Source: Octopus sinensis
Lineage: Eukaryota
Assembly: GCF_006345805.1 (NCBI RefSeq)
Contig: NC_043012.1
Span: 11,594,001-11,658,000 of the forward strand
Reading direction: 5' to 3'
Length of the DNA stretch: 64,000 nucleotides
Shown here: one piece after another, positions 38,869-53,344 of the stretch
Layout of the letters: every line of letters starts with the position of its first letter
How positions within the stretch are numbered: the first letter of the stretch is position 1
The notes under the pieces: generated by a model
What the model was told of the DNA's origin: nothing
The model's database searches: none
What the model saw: the letters and a program-made list of their open reading frames with translations, nothing else
Translations under genes and position numbers: made by a program

Positions 38869-39189
38869 ATTAAATTCTGTATTGCCAAGAGACAGACAAA
38901 GCAGAGTCAGTGCACCATGTTGTAACCAGTGAAGAGGTTGATTGATATTTGGAAATTAAGGAAGAATGAAAACGAAAACAAGGACAACCAATAGAAAAAA
39001 AAATGAACGAAGAACTTTGTCGATGCGTTCACGTTACAAACGGACAGAAATGGTTAGATACTGACGAGTTTTGGATGGCAACTGAAAACTGCTAATGTTT
39101 AAGAATTGGTGCGATGTGTGTATGGTTATGAGTACATGTGCATGTATGTATACGTATGTGTGTTGTATAGGTGGGCGTTTATGAATGTA

Positions 39190-39246
<57 letters not shown>

Positions 39247-39404
39247 TATATACATATACATATATATATATATACATACACACACACTAATACGCACGCA
39301 CATATATACATGCATAGATATACATTCATATGCATATATATACATTTATATATATATATATATGTATGTATATGTATGTGTAAATGTATGTGCAAATGCA
39401 TATG

Positions 39405-39450
<46 letters not shown>

Positions 39451-39495
39451 AATGTATATATATATATAAATGTAGATATATATATATACGTATAT

Positions 39496-39526
<31 letters not shown>

Positions 39527-39731
39527 CAATGTATATATGTATATGTATGTACATATGCATGTATAGATGTATATGTATGTACATATGTATGTATATATGT
39601 ATGTGTATATATACCTATATATATATATATATATATGTATATATGAATATATATACATCTATGTATATATGTATATGTATGTAAGTATATATATATTCAT
39701 ATACATACATATATATATTTAATTTATATAC

Positions 39732-39763
<32 letters not shown>

Positions 39764-39966
39764 CGACGCACTCAGACTAGGCGTATATGATCAAATAAAT
39801 ACATGACGGTATGCATGTATGTACGTATGTTTGTATGTATGTATGAGTGGAGTTGGGGTGTGTATACGCATAAATGTGTATATAAGTATGAATATACATA
39901 TAATACTATAAATTTACTATAATCAATATTCGTACGTATACACTTACTCTTATATATGCGCGCGTG

Positions 39967-40025
<59 letters not shown>

Positions 40026-40817
40026 ATGCATGTGTGTGTTTGTAAGTGTTTGTGCGTGTGCGCATGCTCATCTTCACCTGAAATACAAAAACAACTGTTT
40101 ATAATCTGAGAACTCTTTTATATCGTTTCGAAGAAATCAGCAATGAATATATAATTTTTCACCCATATTTTATTTTGCATTGAATATATATGTCTCTTAT
40201 TCTCTATTTATATACACGCAAGTGCACATTTATTGGTCGACAATGCCGGTTTTTGTAATATATAATATCATGTAACACAAAATTTTCATTTATTTATGTT
40301 TGTCTGCATTCATAAAATTATATTCCCGAGAGAATTCTTTTTTTTTCCTGATTAATACAAGAAAACAAGAGTTTAACATTTTAGCATTTATACTGACCAT
40401 TGCTACAAGAAAGAGTCAGAACTACTCTTAGCCACGTGAGAGTACTTTTCTAATGGCTGACAAAAGAGACAGGCTCCCCTACCTATGACAAGTGAGATGG
40501 AGTCATGTCAGCTCTGATTTCAGACTTAATCAATATTGATCAGTGACCCACTACTACGTTGCCGAGGATTAAAAAACCTAAGTCACCCTGTCAATCCTAT
40601 AGAGGACACCATAGGAAACATTGACCGATTTCGAAAATGCTGAAGTGAGAATTATAAATTATTAAGGTGGGCTATTCGCAGTTTAGAACCGATAGGCAAG
40701 AAGTACACTAAAGTGACAAATGATGCCAGTAAGCACCAGCATTGCTAGAAATAAGAGGCAAAACAACTCTAAGCCACGTGAGAGCACTTTTCTAACGGCT
40801 GACAAGGGAGATCAATA

Positions 40818-40853
<36 letters not shown>

Positions 40854-40856
<3 letters not shown>

Positions 40857-41135
40857 TCATCATCATCATAGTTTAACGTCCGTTCTCCATGCTAGCATGG
40901 GTTGGACGGTTCGACCGGGGATCTGGGAAGCCAGAAGGCTGCACCATGCTCCAGTCTGATCTGGCGGTGTTTCTACAGCTGGATGCCCTTCTTAACGCCA
41001 ACCACTCCGAGAGTGTAGTGGGTGCTTTTTACGTGCCACCTGCACAGGTGCCAGGCGAGGCTGGCAACGGCCACGATCGGATTGGTGTATTTTACGTGCC
41101 ACCGGCACGGAAGCCAGTCGACTGGCTTCCGTGCC
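40854..41135 (-). mobile_element. RTE-type LINE/SINE 3' end with (GAT)n tail
   Basis: The minus strand ends ...catgctagcatggagaacggacgttaaactatgatgatg. Confidence 0.6.
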
Positions 41136-41406
41136 ATATATATATATATTAAAAATATAGGATAAAACTTTTTTTTCAGAAAAAAATTTCATCAAAAGTG
41201 GCAGCATATTAAAATACCTTTAAAGGTTAAAATTATAAACAACTTACAAACAAGGGCAAAAGAAAATTATTTCTATGCCAATATGCTGAGAAATGGTCAA
41301 TTTCCACATTTCCTTGTTTATAAATTATATATATATAATGAAGTAGTGTGAAACGATCGTACCAAATTACCGTAGATATTCTTGTTGATTATTTTGAATA
41401 TATATA

Positions 41407-41462
<56 letters not shown>

Positions 41463-41804
41463 TATGTATGTACATACATACATATATATATATAATTCAG
41501 TTATAGGTTATGTTAGCTTCTTGAAGGGATGGTGCCATGCAAGGAAATATTGGTTCAGTACCTAATATTTTGGTGGGAGATTTTGAAGTTAATAAGAGTT
41601 TATTATCAGCAACAAATTGATCATTATCCCTTACATCTGTTTCAATTATACACAGGAAAGTTAATTAAATATTAAATTAATATTTTTGAGCATAATCTTT
41701 TCAGAGGGAAAAAGATATACCTCTAGATGTTATGTAAAGGTGGTACTCCAGTATGGCCGCAATCAAATGACAAAAAAAGTAAAAGAATAAAGAATATATA
41801 TATT

Positions 41805-42620
41805 ATCTGGTTTCCACCACACACACAGCACCTGAGAACATAAATTAAGTTCTTCGATACACTTGTGAAGTGATTTTTTTATGGTGAATATTTGACCTGA
41901 CTTGAATTTATATGTTGAAGCTTCTACAAAGTTGAAATAGGTCCCGCAATTAGGACAGTTGAATTTTTTGACTAGTAGTGTTGTATTTTTGCGGGGTAAT
42001 TTGGGTAATTTTTAGGGATTTGGGCTATCTTTTACTTTTAATAATTTTACGTGTTTCGAGTGCGTTTTTCGTTTGTAGGTCGTTCAGCAGAAGTGGTGTA
42101 TTCTGATGGATGATGTTGCCTGCTTCCATATTCCTTGGATTGTGTGTTGATACATATGACAAAGTTTTAAGTGTGTCAGCAGGGTTTCCTGTTTTTCGTA
42201 ATTCTTAGAAGTCTATCGTTTTTGCGACTTCTATTCCGATTTTGATTAATCTAAGCAGGTATTTTCTTTCTAGTAATATATTTTAAGTTCTTGGAGTCGT
42301 TTATCTCGGGTTTCAGGATTTGATACAAATCTTGTAAATTATTTTTCCCAAGTTAAAAGGTTTATTGATTTTAGTATGAAGAAGAAGAGCAGGTCTAACG
42401 TTTCGGTGTAACCGTCTTCGTCGAAGAGGAAGAGAGATTTTATTGAGGATAGTTCTGGGTGAATAGACTATGAGTAAAGAAAGAGGTGGGGCAACAATGA
42501 AGAATAAAGGAAGATGAGGTGAGGAAAGGTAAAATATGAAAAATTTAACAGAATTAGTGGCAGATTTGAAGAATATTGAGGTGAGGATGCAAAACAAAAA
42601 AAAGAAAAGATAAAGCATGC
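41805..42620 (-). mobile_element. Penelope-like element fragment
   Basis: Reads RDKRLQELK..YVSTHNPRN..IIKSKR*PKSLK..CPNCG..SKNLIYVLRC (RT thumb into GIY-YIG). Confidence 0.7.
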
Positions 42621-43309
42621 ACATCACTTGTTTCCTCTGATTCTACAGTATCTCTTTAGAATCCTGTCTATGGTTAAACCATTATAATTATACAGTACCA
42701 TACTACATAAATCCACTTGGCCTTATGTGTTTCCATTTATCATTAAATCACTGGAAATACCATTATCTTCATGCTCCAAATCTGCAAGTCAAACTATTTT
42801 ACGAACAATATACCATTGCTATCATATGCATTAAATATCACTTCAACTCTTCTCTTCATGTGTTAATGCCACCTTCAAATAAATTCATAATTGTTGCTAC
42901 AAATGTAAATGAACATTATCTTTATATTCATATTTGTATTCAGCCATTTTTGAAAAACATTATCACTATTACCATTTTTGAAGATAAAACATTTTGGTCC
43001 AATCTAAAGAATTTTTATCGATTATCATTAATAATATATTCATGTTCAATACTGAAAGTATCTTCATATAAAATATACTTTTTTGCTCGGTTGGTTAGTG
43101 TTGTTTCTTTCTTTAAAAAAAAACCGTTCGCTGTATCTGACTATTTTTCATTTAAAGACTATATATATTTCTATTTATATCCACCACATACAACACATAC
43201 ACACGCACACACGTACATACACACTCACAGATGCGCTCATATATGCATGTGTGTGTGTAAACGTATATATTAAAAAAAAAGGTAAAATTTCTTTCTGGAA
43301 TCATGCTGA

Positions 43310-43538
43310 CCCATAAGGGGTCGGTTTCCCGGTTTCACGGCGTATATATTCCCCCCACTCCTGGTCGGGACGCCAGACCGTCACAGGATTACTCGCTTGT
43401 GCCAGCTGAGTGGACTGGAGCAACGTGAAATGAAGTGTTTTGTTCAAGAACACAATGCCTTGCCCGGTCCAAGAATCGAAACCACAATCTTACGATCATG
43501 AGTCCAACATCCTAACTACTAAACCACGCGCCTCCACA
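43310..43538 (-). mobile_element. SINE type C variant
   Basis: Similarity to 4020-4252, with a different tail. Confidence 0.75.
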
Positions 43539-44204
43539 TATCTATATATTGAACCAGCATGGTCACAGCCAGAGGGCTAGAATGCATAAAGGAATAAAGG
43601 AATATGTATATATATATAAACGACGGAGGCATTATTAATACTGAATGGCAATCTTTATATCCTATTTAAAGTGGTTGTGTTATTAGAACGCCGTAATACT
43701 ACGGTATTCGTTTGAGAGGGTCTCTCATATAGACGTGCGGTGCTAAGAGCCAAAACATGTCGTAGAAGACGATGTATGTATGTTTGTATGTATGTATGTA
43801 CGTATCAATAAATCGAAGAAAGTCAGAAACATTTGATTTCGAAACAACTAAATCCGCAATAACAACAAATATCACAGTCACTACATATATGCATACACAC
43901 ACACATACATACATACATACATACATACATACATACATACATACAACATACACACACATACATACATACATGCATACATACATACATACATACATACATA
44001 CATACATACATAATACATACATACATGCATACATGCATACATACATTCATTCATACGTACATACATACATACATACACACATACATACATACATACATAC
44101 ATACATACTTACATACATATATACATACATACATAAATACATGCATACATACATAAATACTTACATTCATGCATATATGCATACAGACATACGAGAATTC
44201 ATGC

Positions 44205-45420
44205 AAGAGAAATGAGCAACACCCAATTACCATTTCTTGACATAATGGTAATTAAAAACAACAGCACAAACACAACTGGTATCTATTACAAAAGCACAGA
44301 TACACACCAGTATCGAAATTTCAAATCATGTCACCCAACACACACAAAACGCAACATCCCGTACTGTCTAGCCAGGAAAATTTGTACTATAATAGATTAT
44401 TCAAATACCAGAAACACACGACATATAGAACTTAAACGATTTCTGCTCAAGCAAAATTACCCTATTTTATTTATAGAAAATAGCATACAACGAGCAAAAG
44501 AGATGCCTGTAGAACAACTTTAAGCAACACGAAAAACACGAACCCGCCAAAGAAACACAATATCATTCTTAGTAATACACAATCCACATCAGCAAAACAT
44601 TTTTAACATCACCAAAACAGATTTGCCAATCATGAAATAAAGTGAAAAGCATAGCTAATCAAAAAGCAACCTGAAGAAACTATTAAGAAAGGCAAAATTC
44701 AAAATGAACGAACGAGATAACACATTCACAGTATCCAAGTGATAACAGACGTGAGACGTGTCAATACATGCATAGAGAGATAGAACAAATAGCCATTAGA
44801 ACAAAAAATGGACAGATATTCGCCAATACAAATATGATATGCAAAAGCAGAAATTTGATCTATTGCATTAAATGCCCGAATTATGAGGAATTATATATAG
44901 GTGAGACAGGGAATGCATTATCGGAACGCTAACGAGTCCACAGACAACAAATCCGGAACACCAACGTTTGCCAATTCCATTGAGCGAACATATAGAGGCA
45001 TGTGGTCAGAAAATGTTTCTAATTTTTCTTTTCCACAAACTACATGACAGAAATGAGATTAGCAGAAATATAAAGAAAAACGGTTTATTAAAATGCTCAA
45101 ACCTGTTCGGAACGGAAATGACTGCAATAAAATAACAACCAGTTAATGATGTGGATGAATAAATACAAACAAGTTACAGAATATCGGAACACCAGGAAAA
45201 CCGTGATGTTTAAGAGTAAGCGGATTGATCAAAAAGGTATTCGAAAAATTCAGCTGGTTGGAGCGTTCTAAGGGGTACTAAAGTTATCAAGGACTCAACT
45301 GTCAGTTAAACACGTTTGAAATCTGATGAGTATACCATGTATGAAAGTGCTAATTTTGTTAAAACACCATAAAAAAAAACGTGAAAACCAGACTATGTTG
45401 TAATCTTTATTCAACTGATA
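44205..45420 (+). mobile_element. Penelope-like element (RT C-terminus, GIY-YIG, terminal repeat), decayed
   Basis: Reads LPFLDIMV..YYKSTDTHQY.NFKSCHPTHTKRNIPYCLAR and CKSRNLIYCIKCP..YIGETG..RVHRQQI. Confidence 0.85.
45317..45358 (+). ncRNA. Degenerate minimal hammerhead motif downstream of a Penelope ORF
   Basis: UGAAAU-CUGAUGA-GUAUA-cca-UGUAU-GAAA-GUGC-UA-AUUUUG. Departures from the ideal look like C>T decay. Confidence 0.55.
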
Positions 45421-46173
45421 TACTATTCCAAACACATTCACACAAATTCGAAACAAAATATGTGTGCGTGTGTGTCTGTGTGTCTGTATGTCCGTGTGTC
45501 TGTGTGTATACCCAACCTCATCTCCATGCTGTTATTTACCTGGCTAAAATAGTAAACATTTCTCATTCAAATAACACTCGACCAGCTTTAAGAAAAACCA
45601 AGAGTTTGCTGGATAGTCTACACCACATAGACTATACCTGAGAAAAAGCTGAGACGGTCATGGTTGTAACGACTTTGCTCATAGGTCGACAGGTGAGCTG
45701 AGTTAATCTAGAACTGAAGAATAACAATTAACAAATATAATCTAAATTCAATTTGATTCTTTAAATTTGGTCCTCCTTTTAATCATAAGTATACAGCCAT
45801 GATGAAGCATCATATTTACACATGCGCGCATATACACACATATGCATGCGCATATATACGAACATGCATAGATGCATATATATATACGTACCCACATACA
45901 TATGTACATACATATGTATATACATACACACATGATCACAACTGCCCAACTAACGGCAACGTGAAACTATGAGTAACATTTCGAGAAGATTTTTTCAGCT
46001 TTAATAAAAGTATATACATGTATATATATTTATATACTTGTGAGTGGATTTGGTAGACGTAAACTTAAAATCCGTCACAAACATATATATATTAGAAAAA
46101 ATAAGGTACTCAGAAATCTGGATGGTTGTACATTTACAGATTTTTATTAATATGTCACGTTTTTAAAAATCTT

Positions 46174-46215
46174 ATATTAGCGCTTGCATCTACTCTAGTA
46201 GATTCTTCAGATTCT
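46174..46215 (-). ncRNA. Degenerate minimal hammerhead motif
   Basis: CUGAAGA-AUCUAC-uaga-GUAGAU-GCAA-GCGC-UA. Stem II is a perfect 6 bp, but GAAA is mutated to GCAA. Confidence 0.5.
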
Positions 46216-46236
46216 TCATCATGGCTCGTGTATATA

Positions 46237-46286
<50 letters not shown>

Positions 46287-46384
46287 TATACACATATATA
46301 TATATACATATATATATACATATATATATACACATATATATATATACACATATATATATACATATATATTACATATATATATAC

Positions 46385-46465
<81 letters not shown>

Positions 46466-46807
46466 GTGTGTGTGTATTTATTTATGTATGTATATATGTA
46501 TGCATGTATGTTTAATGTAATCACTAACACACGCGCATAGAAAGTTGAAACGTAAACGAAACCATGATGTAATGGTAAACTGATGTGGTAGGTTTCTTTA
46601 TTTGCATTAATTGGGGAACATAGAAACGCATTGTATAATGAAAACGTGTGCCTGTAATTTTGATAACAGAAATTAATAAAACATGAAGACGGTTACGAAA
46701 CAGCTGTAATCACATGCAGGTCATGTAGAAAAATATATTTATTTTCAACTTTCATACCGCCTGACTTTATGATTGATATATGTCAAAAACTGGTAATCTG
46801 TCAATTA

Positions 46808-47106
46808 TAACGACGAGCGTTCCAGTTGATCCGTTCAACAGAACAGCCTGCTCCTGAAATTGACGTGCAAATGGCTGAGCACTCCACAGACACGTGTACC
46901 ATTAACGTAGTTCTCGGGGAGATTCAGCGTAACAAAGAATGTGACAAGGCTGGCCCTTTGAAATAAAGGTACTACTCTTTTTTGCCAGCTGAGTGGACTG
47001 GAGCAACGTGAAATAAAGTGTCTTGCTCAAGGACACAACGCGCCGCCAGGAATTGAACCTACAATCTTACGATCGTGAGCCGGTAAGCTCAACTGCTAAG
47101 CCATGT
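46808..47106 (-). mobile_element. SINE type C-related
   Basis: Shares its tail with 29454 and its head with 1786. Confidence 0.75.
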
Positions 47107-47263
47107 GTACGGGATAATGTGATCTTAAATGCTTTTGCCTGAAAAAGAAAACAGAACAAGATAGAGAGGTCCTGGCTGGAACACCTTTGGAGATCATGTG
47201 CACTTGATAAGAACTAACTTGGGGCTAAACAGTAACAGAAGCAGCAGCAGTAGCAGCAGCAGC

Positions 47264-47314
<51 letters not shown>

Positions 47315-47548
47315 TGTAGAAGTAGTAGTAGTAGTAGTAGTAGTATCAGCAACAGCAGCCGTTCAAGAATTTGGACCTGGAGATCTCCATTTCCAGCGAC
47401 TTCGAGGCCCACCTCCCAGGGGTGTCGGGCGTCAACGAAGAGCCCTCGACTACAACAAAACGACCAAAGTTTTTTTTTACAAGGTCTGGGGTCTCTTGCT
47501 CCTAAGCCCTAGACCATCACCTAATCACCCTTACCCGTCTTGTTGCTT

Positions 47549-47582
<34 letters not shown>

Positions 47583-47602
47583 GCAGCAGCAGCAACAACA
47601 AC

Positions 47603-47965
47603 GGAGGCGCAATGGCCCAATGATTAGGGCAACGGACTAGCGGTCGGAGGATCGCGGTTTCGATTCCCAGACCGGACGTTGTGTGTGTTTATTGAGCGAA
47701 AACACCTAAAGCTCCACGAGATTCCGGCAGGGGGTGGTGGCGACCCCTGTTGTACTCTTTCACTCCAACTTTCTCTCACTCTTTCTTCCTGTTTCTTGTC
47801 CCCGACTTCCTACGCAACCACTGAGCCTAGATGTGCATTCATCCATCCGTCGATGCTCTCGGTGTCGGGGGTTGACCTGCTTTCTCTTCTGCGGGTCTTA
47901 CGAATAGCAAAAAGGACCGTTTCGGATTTCTCCCACTACAGGCTAGGACGAAAACCGCTTCGCTC
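47603..47965 (+). mobile_element. SINE type C with a distinct tail, in a (CAA)n tract
   Basis: Head similarity to the other type C copies. Confidence 0.75.
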
Positions 47966-48398
47966 AACAGCAACAGCAGCAGCAACAACAAAAACAACAA
48001 CAATGTCAACAACAACTGGTGATTATGTCTGAGACTATTCGGATTTGAAGTACACAAGTCGTTGTTTGTAAATGAAACATTTATTCAGGTGTTGTTCTGC
48101 TTCCATCAAAATACAATTTCGTGTAGTAATAACAACAGTAGCAACAACAATATGGTGAGTTTGTGTGAGAAAGAAATGAAAATAAATAAAAATAAATATA
48201 ATTCCGCTCCTCTTACCGTTCCCTCGACCTCCAAACAATTTCTCTTGTGCGAATTTCGAAACAGTAAATAATGACACGGGGAATATTTAAAAAAAAATAA
48301 TTGTGCTGACGAGAGAGCCTCGAGATACAGTCGTTCGATATATTAGAAATAGCGACCAAATATCTTTTGCATCACACTCACTGTATGTGTGTGTGTGT

Positions 48399-48632
48399 CT
48401 ATTTCTTTACTACCCACAAGGGGCTAAACACAGAGAGGACAAACAAGGATAGACAAAAGGATTAAGTCGATTACATCGACCCCAGTGCGTAACTGGTGCT
48501 TAATTTTTCAACCCCGAAAGGATGAAAGGTAAAGTCGACCTCGGCGGAATTTGAACTCAAAACGCAGCAGAAGACGAAATACCACAAAGCATTTCGCCCG
48601 GCGTGCTAACGATTCTGCCAGCTCACCGCCTT
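48399..48632 (-). mobile_element. SINE type B in the AOC-like 3' region
   Basis: TSD cactcactgtatgtgtgt. Confidence 0.85.
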
Positions 48633-48832
48633 CACTCACTGTATGTGTGTATCGGTAGATATATGACAACAGAAATGTGAAGTAGGAAGTTCTTGGTATT
48701 AGACTGATGTTGATCCAAGGGCTGTTCGAGGCTTAGCTTAGAAGGAAATCACACACACATACATACACGCTTACACTCACATACATACACGCTTATACAC
48801 ACACACATACACAAAGAAAAGTGAAGTGTTTC

Positions 48833-49120
48833 TTACGCACCAAACATCAAATTAGGGTTTCTAGTTACAAGGTCATCGAATTTAGATGATTTAGGAACAC
48901 ATTGTTGTTTGTTTGACACTCCGTAACGTTGGATTTTTAGTTCCCCGTCGTCGAGCCTTTCCATACGAATCGCGTTTCTGGATCCTACGGAGGGATCTTC
49001 ATTGAAATAATTAAACGGTAGCAGAAAGAAGCTGTGATGTTCTCCGACTGTCGGTATCACCGGTAAATCCTCCATGTGTGGAATTCGGTAAGATCCAAGG
49101 GTTACCCAAACTACCAAATC
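48833..49120 (-). CDS. Copper amine oxidase homologue, terminal exon (aa 689-783)
   Basis: ttttgtag| acceptor. Reads DLVVWVTLGSYRIPHMEDLPVIPTVG...FFLLPFNYFNEDPS..., matching the AOC C-terminal DLVAWVTxGxxHIPHxEDxP and LRPYNFFDEDPS motifs. Stop at 48833-48835. Confidence 0.92.
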   Translation of the reverse strand, partial: DLVVWVTLGSYRIPHMEDLPVIPTVGEHHSFFLLPFNYFNEDPSVGSRNAIRMERLDDGELKIQRYGVSNKQQCVPKSSKFDDLVTRNPNLMFGA

Positions 49121-49417
49121 CTACAAAAGATTTTAAAAACAAGAGATATAGACATAAATGAATCTGCTAAAAGACCGAATGTAGAATGAAGGAAACGGGT
49201 TATATAATGTATGCAAGAAACTAACGATGGCTATACATATATACACACATATATATGGATATGTATAACCTATATTGTAGATACGTAAAAAGGACTCATT
49301 TAGCTATATTTCAGTAGTATATATAAAAAAATCAACAAACAAAAACATTGGGGACATTTTCTGTTCGGCTGTAACTGTGGAAATTTTAAATTAGTGAAAA
49401 GTTTAAAATTTGATGTA

Positions 49418-50054
49418 CCGTAAATCCTCGAGTATAGTCCGCCCTTGAGTATAATACGCAGGGGATTTTTAGGGGGCTGTACCTCTGAAAAAACCTAAAA
49501 CTTGTGTATAATACGCAGACTTGTCACACGCGACGGGAGTTGTACGATATAACCGCACAAGGTAGCAATAGCCGGACACTGAACAAATGCATTCAGGACG
49601 GTTTCGTCGCTCAGTACGTACCTCGAACAAGTCCGTATAACAGAATATCCGTATCTATAGAGTTTATTTCGAAACGGTAGCACCTCCTGTAGCATGCCAG
49701 GCCAAGGACATTATTATTATTATTGTATATATAACATAATGCAAACGTGTAGCTTTTTTTGTGCATTTTGTTTGCAGAAAATAAAGAAATAACAGTAATA
49801 ACGTTTAATAAATGTTGCTTATTGCAAGTTATGGATGATTCTTTTATGACTTCATTGCTTTCAGGCTTAGCTTAAGGTAGTTTCGCGCCCGACATCACAA
49901 AATGCATCTGAATAAACATTGCCGGACAGCAAATAGAGACTCGGACATTGCTTCGAAAATAATTTTCATTTTTAACCTCGTATATAGTACGTACTAGGGA
50001 TTTTGACCCTTAAATTTTGGGAAAAAAATGTGGATTATACTCAAGGATTTACGG
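49418..50054. mobile_element. Non-autonomous Tc1/mariner-superfamily (Tc2/pogo-like) MITE
   Basis: TA|CCGTAAATCCTCGAGTATAGTCC ... GGATTATACTCAAGGATTTACGG|TA: terminal inverted repeats with a TA duplication. Confidence 0.8.
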
Positions 50055-50418
50055 TATTTATGTAATTTTCCACGCGGAATCTCAGGAGATAATTTACTTT
50101 TTCCAGAACAATTCTTTAAAAGTTACAGGGTTTTAAAGTTTGATGATTTGGAAGATGTCATTTTGTGCGTGAGAGCGCATTGTCAACTGCAACCAAATGA
50201 AATATTGACGGTATTCTGCTTTACGCACGCCATATAACATCGCATAAACTGTTTTTTCTTTTGAAATTTTCAGAAAATGTTTGCGAATTTGTATTATATA
50301 CACGGAAATTTATACGATTAAGCAAAAACGAAACAACAAAATTTTTCGAGCAGGAACGACTCTGTGGTTGCTCACACGTGACTAGCGGCTATCTTTCTTA
50401 TACACACACACACACACA

Positions 50419-50485
<67 letters not shown>

Positions 50486-50605
50486 ATACATATATATGTA
50501 CATATATATATATCAGTGCGAATGATTTTGTTAAGCGGTGTCGAGTTTTACAATTCTGTAAATAATAATAATCGTATTTTGTTTATACGCTTAAAGCTTA
50601 TAGCA

Positions 50606-50770
50606 ATCACCGTGCAAATGGCTAAGGAAAATAGTCTAATAATGCAGCATATAAGCCCTCGACAGAAAAAATAGACTTTCTCGTACGCGTGGGGGAAAGC
50701 CTACTTTTTACTGTCGAGGGATTATATGCCGCATTATTAGACTATTTTCCTTAGTCATTTGCACGGTGAT
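50606..50770. repeat. 165-bp near-perfect palindrome (MITE-like); related half-copy at about 178-293
   Basis: ATCACCGTGCAAATGGCTAAGGAAAATAGTCTAAT...ATTAGACTATTTTCCTTAGTCATTTGCACGGTGAT. Confidence 0.85.
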
Positions 50771-50787
50771 ATATATATATATATATC

Positions 50788-51165
50788 TTTTACTTTTTAC
50801 TTGTTTCGATCATTAGACTGCAGTCATGCTGGGGCATCGCATTGAAGGGTTTTGAAAGTACCTCTTCTATCAGTCCCTTTTGTTGAACCGCTAGGTTACG
50901 GGGAAGTAAACGCACCAACACCGGTTGTCAAGCGGTGGTGGAGACAAACACAGATACAAACACACACACGCACATACGCACACACACCTATATACGACGG
51001 GCTTCTTTTAGTTTCCATCTACCAAATCTACTTATAAGGCTTTGATCGGCAAGAAGCTATTGTAAAAAACAAAACAAAAAACACCTGCCCAAAGAGTCAC
51101 GCAGTAGGACTGAACCCGGAACCATGTGGTTGGGAAGCAAGCTTCTTACCACAACAGCCCCGCCT
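50788..51165 (-). mobile_element. Diverged SINE type A
   Basis: Similarity to the other copies. Confidence 0.7.
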
Positions 51166-52230
51166 GTTATACATGTACAGAGAGAGAGAGAGGGGGGAGG
51201 GAGGAGAGTGAGAGTAGAAAGAATGAATACACGTCATCAAGGATATATTTTGCAACCCAGTTGATGCATGTTGTGATATGCATATTTAATCGATCCTCTT
51301 ATTTAATCAACTAAATTGCCATAGAAAGAGATGAATTAGGCGTCATTCTGTTAGCAAAAGCGATCGAGTTCACGACAGTAAACTCTGACTGACAAATATT
51401 TCAATGACCAGTACTCATGTCAAAGGGATAATGCGATAAGTTTATCAGAAATCCTTAGAAATGATATTTAGTTTTATTTTCAGGTCAAAATAAGATTGTG
51501 ATTTATTCCGTGTTGTCCTTAGTTGCCCTCGTATAACGCACATTTCTTGAGAACTAACATATATGTTATATACTAAGATAGTTTATAAACTGACAGATAT
51601 TGTATCGATTCTTTAGTTTATTATAGTTTTATTTTACTTTATTTTTATATAATTTTATTTCCGTTACTTAAAGTCCTCTATCAACGAAAAGAATATGTTC
51701 CTTAATGGATAGTATATTTCTTAATAGATAATAATTTTCATTTATAGCCCTAATTATTTCAGCCTGTCTTCTTCGATTTACTGGGTGTACTTAATGACAT
51801 CATGGATTAAGTTACAATTACTCACACACACACTTTACTAGACAAAATACATGTTTTATGTGCTACTAATAATCTCTTGTACTGAGAACATGCCAAACAG
51901 TTTTATAACACGTCTGACATCTCGGTACAGTCATCTGGCACAGCCCACATGGCATAACGAATTAAAAATTGAATGAAAAGACAGACGAGAAAAAGCAAAA
52001 AGGAAATATATAGAAAAAGTGGAAGGTTAAAATACCGGAAAACGAAAAAGTAATCAGAGAGAAGTAAACTTATAAAAACATTTATCTCCCTTAGACCGTA
52101 AAGTATAGGGTTGGAGAACATAGTGACTTGGAATTTATGGTACAAGTTAATCAAGTGTAGGAGGATCTTCCCAATTCTTCAATCCTTCAAGCCTTATAAT
52201 TGTATTGTAGTGTATAACTGTAGTATAGCG

Positions 52231-52329
52231 TACACTACACACATGTACACTACGCACTACACTATATCCATGTACACTACACACATGTACACTACGCACT
52301 ACACTATATCCATGTACACTACACACATG
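52231..52329. repeat. 42-bp tandem repeat, about 2.4 copies
   Basis: Unit TACACTACACACATGTACACTACGCACTACACTATATCCATG. Confidence 0.85.
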
Positions 52330-53344
52330 CTCATGCACACTGGAGGTGGTACTGCATTTATGAGGTCCTCCCATAGTAACGAGATCAATACGTTTGCGTT
52401 TTGCCTCTTATAGCTTCAGATCGATGTCTACCAGGAGAACAAGAGCAGGAGAAGGATTAGTGGAGGGTTTACGACTGAGTTACATTAAATATGATAGGAG
52501 ATAAAGAAACCAGTGGCTATGAGTGGTCTTGATTTTTAACTTCATAGTTAAGAGCAGTGGATGTTGTAGTAGTAGTAGAATAGGTTTAGAGATGACACAG
52601 ATGATCTGTAGCTTAAGTTGGGGGGATGGTGGAGCTTATGGCGATAGGGTGAGTTTTGTGTATATGAGACAGGTGTTAAGGACGTGGGGGTTGCGTTGGA
52701 AGTGGATATACGGTAAGTATCTGATGGATGTAGAGACAATGGTAGTTCGACGGCGACTGGATTTGGAGGTTGAGAAGGGATTTAAAGATATTTTGAGTGT
52801 CTTTGTGTCGATCAGGACCTTGTGGAGTGGATGATATTAATTACTGAAGAGCATTAAAAAAAAGGTAAATGGTTCTGTTCTACATTAGAAGCGTCAGAGT
52901 GAAGTTGAGAACTGAAAACAGTTGCGAATATTGAAGTAATCAAAGACAATGAGTTAAAAACGTTGGGGGAAGTGAGGTAGAGATCCACGATGGAAGAGGG
53001 CCGGCAGATTTTGAAGAACAGTCGAATCAGCGCGTGAATCTAGGAGGAATGAGGGAGATATAGTCTGAATCAAAATGACAAGTCTCGTCTCTGTTAGGCA
53101 CGTGGCAGTGAATAGTTGAAGGAAGCGAGCGTCTTGAAAAAGCACAAAAGTAACTTTCAGCATGAAGTTGGAATTTAGAATTTGAAATAGATGAAAACGA
53201 AAGATAAGAAGGTGAAAGATTGGTGTCAGCGAGGAGCAGGATGTGTTACTTGAGTGTTAGCAAGGAGTGATGTGCATCAGCCAGGTTGGCCAGAAGTCCA
53301 CGGACATGCGCACACACACACGCGCGCGCTTTTATTCATTTGTT

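Noticed and set aside
39061-39095. Hammerhead-like CTGACGA...GAAA in the FST 3' region
   Set aside because: Stem II is only 3 bp with an extra base before GAAA, and stems I and III are not convincing.
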